Source of the DNA: Candidatus Saccharimonadota bacterium
GTDB taxonomy: Bacteria > Bacteroidota > Bacteroidia > Cytophagales > Amoebophilaceae
DNA: 32,000 nucleotides
Assembly: GCF_965196625.1 (NCBI RefSeq)
Contig: NZ_OZ239769.1
Coordinates: 210,001-242,000, forward strand
Direction of reading: 5' to 3'
Positions 28,378-32,000 of this stretch are shown in pieces. The stretch's first letter is position 1. Each line of letters opens with the position of its first letter. Both the position numbers and the translations under genes were made by a program. The notes beneath the pieces are model-generated. The model saw only the letters and a list, made by a program, of their open reading frames with translations. It was not told the origin of the DNA and did not search any database.

Positions 28378-29988
28378 CTAGGTTAACTCAACCACCTCTT
28401 TAAATTCCTCATAACTGCCCGGAAAAACTTTTACCTTTTTGTTTTCAATATACCAAATCTTATTAGCCACCTGTTGGATAAAGTTACGGTCATGTGATAC
28501 AAACAAACAAGTCCCCTCATATTGCTGCAACGCTTGTCCGAGTGTATCAATAGACTGAATATCCAAATGGTTGGTGGGTTCATCCAGCAATAAAAAGTTG
28601 GCCTGAGAAAGCAGCACAGTAGCTAAAGCAACCCGTGCCTTTTCGCCCCCAGAAAGCACCTCTATCTTTTTAAATACATCATCCTTCGTAAACAGAAACA
28701 TACCTGCTATGGTACGAAGCTCTTGTTCTGTTCGTTCCGCACCACCACTGCTGCTATAGGCACGCAATGCTTCTATAATGGTATGCGATAGATCCAATGC
28801 CTCTAGCTGATGCTGCGCATAAAAAGCCATCTCTACATTATTGCCAAAGCTTCTTTGTTGCTGCTCAGCTGCTTCATGCTCAGCTATAATACGCAATAAG
28901 GTAGTTTTACCCCGTCCATTGGCACCAATTAAAGCAATCTTATCACCTCTGTTGATTTCTACCGCCGCATCTTTTAAAATCGATACAGGGCCATACGATT
29001 TATTGATTTTGTCTATTACCGCAACAATTTTACTTGGGTTTTGTTTGATGGAAAACTGAATTTTTATCGTTTTACGATGGGCAGAAGGGGCTTCTATTTT
29101 CTCTACCTTATCCAATGCCTTAATCCTAGACTGAACCAACTTGGCTTTACTAGCCTTTGCCCTAAAGCGATCTATAAACTCCTGTGCATGTTTGAGCTGC
29201 TTCTGTTGATTGGCATAGGCATTTTCGAGCAGGGCCCCTCTTTCTGATTTTTGTATTTCATAATCGCTGTAGTTGCCCACATAAACGGTAAATTTTTTAT
29301 CGGAAATCTCTACAATTTTACTGGTCGTACCATCTAAGAAACTTCTATCGTGCGACACCACTATAAAAGCACTATCGTAGTTTTTTAAATAGGCTTCTAC
29401 CCACTTAATGGAAACCAAATCCAAGTGGTTAGTGGGTTCATCCAATATCAGTAAAGAAGGTTGTTGCAAAAGCAACTTGGCAAACATCACACGCATGCGC
29501 CATCCTCCTGAAAACTCAGAAAGCGGACGGTCTAAATCTTTGGTGGCAAAACCTATGCCCTCTAGCATGGCTTCAGTTCTTGACTGGATATCATAGCCCC
29601 CTATTCTTTCAAAGGTTTCCTGGAGATTGGATAGCTGGGCCAGTAAATCATCGGAATAGTTCGCCTCCATCTGCTGACACAAAGCTTCAATCTTTTTTTG
29701 GGTTACCAATGCTTCACTAAAAGCCTGCATGGCTACATTTCGGATGCTATCCTGAGACTGATAAGAAAGCAAGTCTTGGTTTAAAAAACCAATAGAACAC
29801 TCTTTTCTTCTCGTCACTTTTCCGCTATCTGGTGTAAGCTCACCCGTAATAATCTTTAATAAAGTAGATTTGCCAGCCCCGTTGGGGCCGATTAGGCCAA
29901 TTTTATCTTTGGGTTTAATATGCAACGCAGCTGCGTCATATAAAGTTCTTTTGCCCAAATGGTAGGTAAGATCATTGATTACAATCAT
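28378..29988 (-). CDS. ABC-F family ATPase (two tandem NBDs, no TM domain)
   Basis: 536 aa with two Walker A motifs (GPNGAGKST, GANGRGKTT), two signature motifs (FSGGWRMR, LSGGEKAR) and two Walker B motifs (LLILDEPTNHLD, FLLLDEPTNHLD). Confidence 0.93.
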   Translation of the reverse strand: MIVINDLTYHLGKRTLYDAAALHIKPKDKIGLIGPNGAGKSTLLKIITGELTPDSGKVTRRKECSIGFLNQDLLSYQSQDSIRNVAMQAFSEALVTQKKIEALCQQMEANYSDDLLAQLSNLQETFERIGGYDIQSRTEAMLEGIGFATKDLDRPLSEFSGGWRMRVMFAKLLLQQPSLLILDEPTNHLDLVSIKWVEAYLKNYDSAFIVVSHDRSFLDGTTSKIVEISDKKFTVYVGNYSDYEIQKSERGALLENAYANQQKQLKHAQEFIDRFRAKASKAKLVQSRIKALDKVEKIEAPSAHRKTIKIQFSIKQNPSKIVAVIDKINKSYGPVSILKDAAVEINRGDKIALIGANGRGKTTLLRIIAEHEAAEQQQRSFGNNVEMAFYAQHQLEALDLSHTIIEALRAYSSSGGAERTEQELRTIAGMFLFTKDDVFKKIEVLSGGEKARVALATVLLSQANFLLLDEPTNHLDIQSIDTLGQALQQYEGTCLFVSHDRNFIQQVANKIWYIENKKVKVFPGSYEEFKEVVELT

Positions 29989-30010
29989 GGAATTTTATTA
30001 GCTTTTTTGC

Positions 30011-30050
30011 GCATCTTGAAAGGAGCTGCACCATGCTGCTTTCAAGATGC
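30011..30050. promoter_or_regulatory. Perfect 12-bp inverted repeat with 16-nt spacer in the divergent ABC-F/lipA intergenic region
   Basis: gcatcttgaaag N16 ctttcaagatgc, lying 23 nt upstream of the ABC-F start codon (minus strand) and 190 nt upstream of lipA. Confidence 0.4.
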
Positions 30051-30240
30051 TATGGCCCCCAGCAGCAACTGATTTTTTCTTTACGTGCACACCATTGACC
30101 ATTTTATGTTACAGAATGCAAATATAAGCCATTTTTTGTTATTATGATATGCTTACGCAAAAGAGGGCGATATTGTAGAGGTTTTAATATATTGGGGCCT
30201 TGTAGGCTATACAGGATTCAGCTAAACTTTAATAATTTTC

Positions 30241-31104
30241 ATGGAACAAAAAGCACCACCGACTACCACCACCCAGCGTCCAGATTGGCTACGGGTTAAA
30301 TTACCTATAGGGAAAGACTATAGAGCCGTTCGTGCGATTGTAGATCAACACAAGCTACATACCATTTGCACAAGCGGAAACTGCCCAAATATGGGCGAAT
30401 GTTGGGGAGCAGGTACAGCTACTTTTATGATATTAGGCAATATTTGTACGCGCAGTTGTGGCTTTTGTGCCGTAGCAACGGGTAGACCTACTGCCTATGA
30501 TAAGGACGAACCCAAACGAGTGGCACAAGCGATTCATCTGATGGGGGTGAAACATGCAGTGATCACTTCGGTAAACAGGGATGAACTCAAAGATTGTGGG
30601 GCAGAGATTTGGTATGAAACCGTTAGGGAGATCAAGGCTTTGAACCCTACTACTACGATAGAAACCTTAATCCCAGATGTTAAAGCGATTTGGTGGGCAC
30701 TAGAGCGGATGATTAGTGCGGGCCAAGAGGTGGTCTCTCACAATATGGAAACGGTAGAAAGACTCTATAAGAAAGTCCGTCCACAAGCCAAATATGCACG
30801 GAGCTTAGAACAACTTAAACGGATTAAAACATATGGCAAACGATCTAAATCGGGTATTATGCTAGGATTAGGGGAAACAGATGCAGAAGTCTATCAAGTG
30901 ATGGATGACCTCAGGGAACATGGGTTGGATGTGCTAACGCTGGGCCAATACCTCCAACCTACCAAGCAACATCTTGATGTGGTGCAATTTGTACATCCAG
31001 ATAAATTTGCGCATTTCAAAGAGGAGGGGCTTAAGCGCGGATTTGCTTATGTGGAGTCAGGCCCACTCGTGCGTTCATCTTACCATGCAGAACGACACCT
31101 GTAA
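30241..31104 (+). CDS. lipA: Lipoyl synthase
   Basis: 287 aa with the radical-SAM cluster [10 protein letters not shown] and the auxiliary-cluster cysteines [12 protein letters not shown]. Confidence 0.95.
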   Translation: MEQKAPPTTTTQRPDWLRVKLPIGKDYRAVRAIVDQHKLHTICTSGNCPNMGECWGAGTATFMILGNICTRSCGFCAVATGRPTAYDKDEPKRVAQAIHLMGVKHAVITSVNRDELKDCGAEIWYETVREIKALNPTTTIETLIPDVKAIWWALERMISAGQEVVSHNMETVERLYKKVRPQAKYARSLEQLKRIKTYGKRSKSGIMLGLGETDAEVYQVMDDLREHGLDVLTLGQYLQPTKQHLDVVQFVHPDKFAHFKEEGLKRGFAYVESGPLVRSSYHAERHL

Positions 31105-31111
31105 GGAACAG

Positions 31112-31435
31112 TTAATCTATATCCTTTTTTAAAGCAACCAGAAAAGCACGTAAAGCATGCAACCGCTCAACCACCTCTGCTGGGGCAATGGCAGGCGCAC
31201 TGCCATGTTGCTGAATTACTTTGCGTGCGCCTGCTAGGCTATATCCTTTCTCTTTAACGAGCCTATAGATATAACGCAGCTGAGCGATATCTTTTGCTTG
31301 GTACCTTCTAGCCCCTTTGCTATTCTTATTGGGTTTCAGGATGCCACTAAAAGCTTTTTCCCAAAAACGCACCAAAGAAGGAGCTACGCCAAACTGGCGG
31401 GCTACCTCTTGAATGGTAAAATACTTTTTTTCCAT
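31112..31435 (-). CDS. MerR-family HTH transcriptional regulator (small)
   Basis: 107 aa; YFTIQEVARQFGVAPSLVRFWEKAF...RYQAKDIAQLRYIYRLVKEKGYSLAGARK matches the MerR N-terminal HTH plus wing pattern. Confidence 0.8.
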   Translation of the reverse strand: MEKKYFTIQEVARQFGVAPSLVRFWEKAFSGILKPNKNSKGARRYQAKDIAQLRYIYRLVKEKGYSLAGARKVIQQHGSAPAIAPAEVVERLHALRAFLVALKKDID

Positions 31436-31512
31436 ACAATCAGCTATGCAAGTGCCTCAATATCGGATTTTGGGGTAATTTTTTCCACAGCTTAATTTCC
31501 TTTTTTTGCCTA

Positions 31513-32000
31513 CTAAAAGTTCGCGCAAAGGGCTTGGTTTTGATTCGCAGCTTGCTTACGCACGGCATCATATTCATCCGGAGTAAGCTCCCCCACAAAA
31601 TATTGCAGCGGATCCACAAGGCGTCCATTGCAGTAGACCTCATAGTGGAGATGCGGACCCGTTGAATCACCTGAATTACCAACGGTACCAATCTGCTTCC
31701 CTCTTTTAATCAGTTGCCGTTCTTTAACAGTGACCATATGCATATGAGCATAGTGGGTTTGAAAACCATTTCCATGCTCAATCAGCAAATGATTGCCATA
31801 ACCTTTTTTATCTTTTTTAATCCATTTTACATGCCCATTTGCAGCAGCATAGATCGGTGTATGAATAGGCGCTGAAAAATCAATACCCTTATGCATCTTA
31901 TATATCTTATGGAATGGATGGAGCCGCATGCCAAAAGTCGCGGATACGCGCTTCAAATCTTTGTTAGAAAGAGGCGGAAAACTAGGCGTAGAGGACAATA
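31513..32000 (-). CDS. M23-family metallopeptidase (5'-partial; runs off the window end)
   Basis: HKGIDFSAP ... GYGNHLLIEHGNGFQTHYAHM ... GNSGDSTGPHLHYEV carries the HxxxD and HxH zinc motifs. The ORF is open to position 32000. Confidence 0.88.
   Translation of the reverse strand, partial: LSSTPSFPPLSNKDLKRVSATFGMRLHPFHKIYKMHKGIDFSAPIHTPIYAAANGHVKWIKKDKKGYGNHLLIEHGNGFQTHYAHMHMVTVKERQLIKRGKQIGTVGNSGDSTGPHLHYEVYCNGRLVDPLQYFVGELTPDEYDAVRKQAANQNQALCANF

Noticed and set aside
30033-30098. 21-codon mini-ORF (MLLSRCYGPQQQLIFSLRAHH) overlapping the right arm of the 12-bp inverted repeat, considered as a leader peptide
   Set aside because: It is on the lipA strand rather than the ABC-F strand, has no supporting signal, and cannot be distinguished from chance.

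Overview
All calls are by-eye reading of the sequence and ORF track; no BLAST or HMM search was possible. The window looks like chromosome from a reduced, IS-rich intracellular Bacteroidota symbiont. An Amoebophilaceae-like organism (Cardinium/Amoebophilus) is my guess from gene content only. 1-7.3 kb holds two tandem paralogous genes of about 1190 aa. Each fuses a sodium:solute symporter, a second TM block, a degenerate histidine-kinase-like module and a degenerate SpoT-type HD domain. I do not recognise this architecture as a characterised family, and it is the main candidate for something new. 7.4-17.6 kb is housekeeping: sufT-like DUF59, ftsK, tsaD, an FtsX-type permease, proS, a truncated dnaK and a split MutS-related gene. 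17.7-26.7 kb is a decay and rearrangement zone. It holds a nucleotide transporter (NTT) gene killed by an IS256-family insertion with an 8-bp target duplication, a homopolymer frameshift and a 3' truncation. It also holds two further fragments of the symporter-fusion family. An AT-rich island there carries an orphan ORF and a frameshifted folC. An IS481-family element and two segmental duplications (sufT plus the ftsK 5' end; the 5' three-quarters of proS (lacking ~129 C-terminal codons) plus the rnpB 3' end) complete the zone. A complete type-A RNase P RNA (rnpB, minus strand, about 26628-27013) is hidden under spurious ORFs. Its last 99 nt also form the false N-terminal extension of the proS ORF at 14290-14358. 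27.1-32 kb is housekeeping again: lepB, an ABC-F ATPase, lipA, a MerR-type regulator and a partial M23 peptidase. I saw no CRISPR array, tRNA or rRNA.
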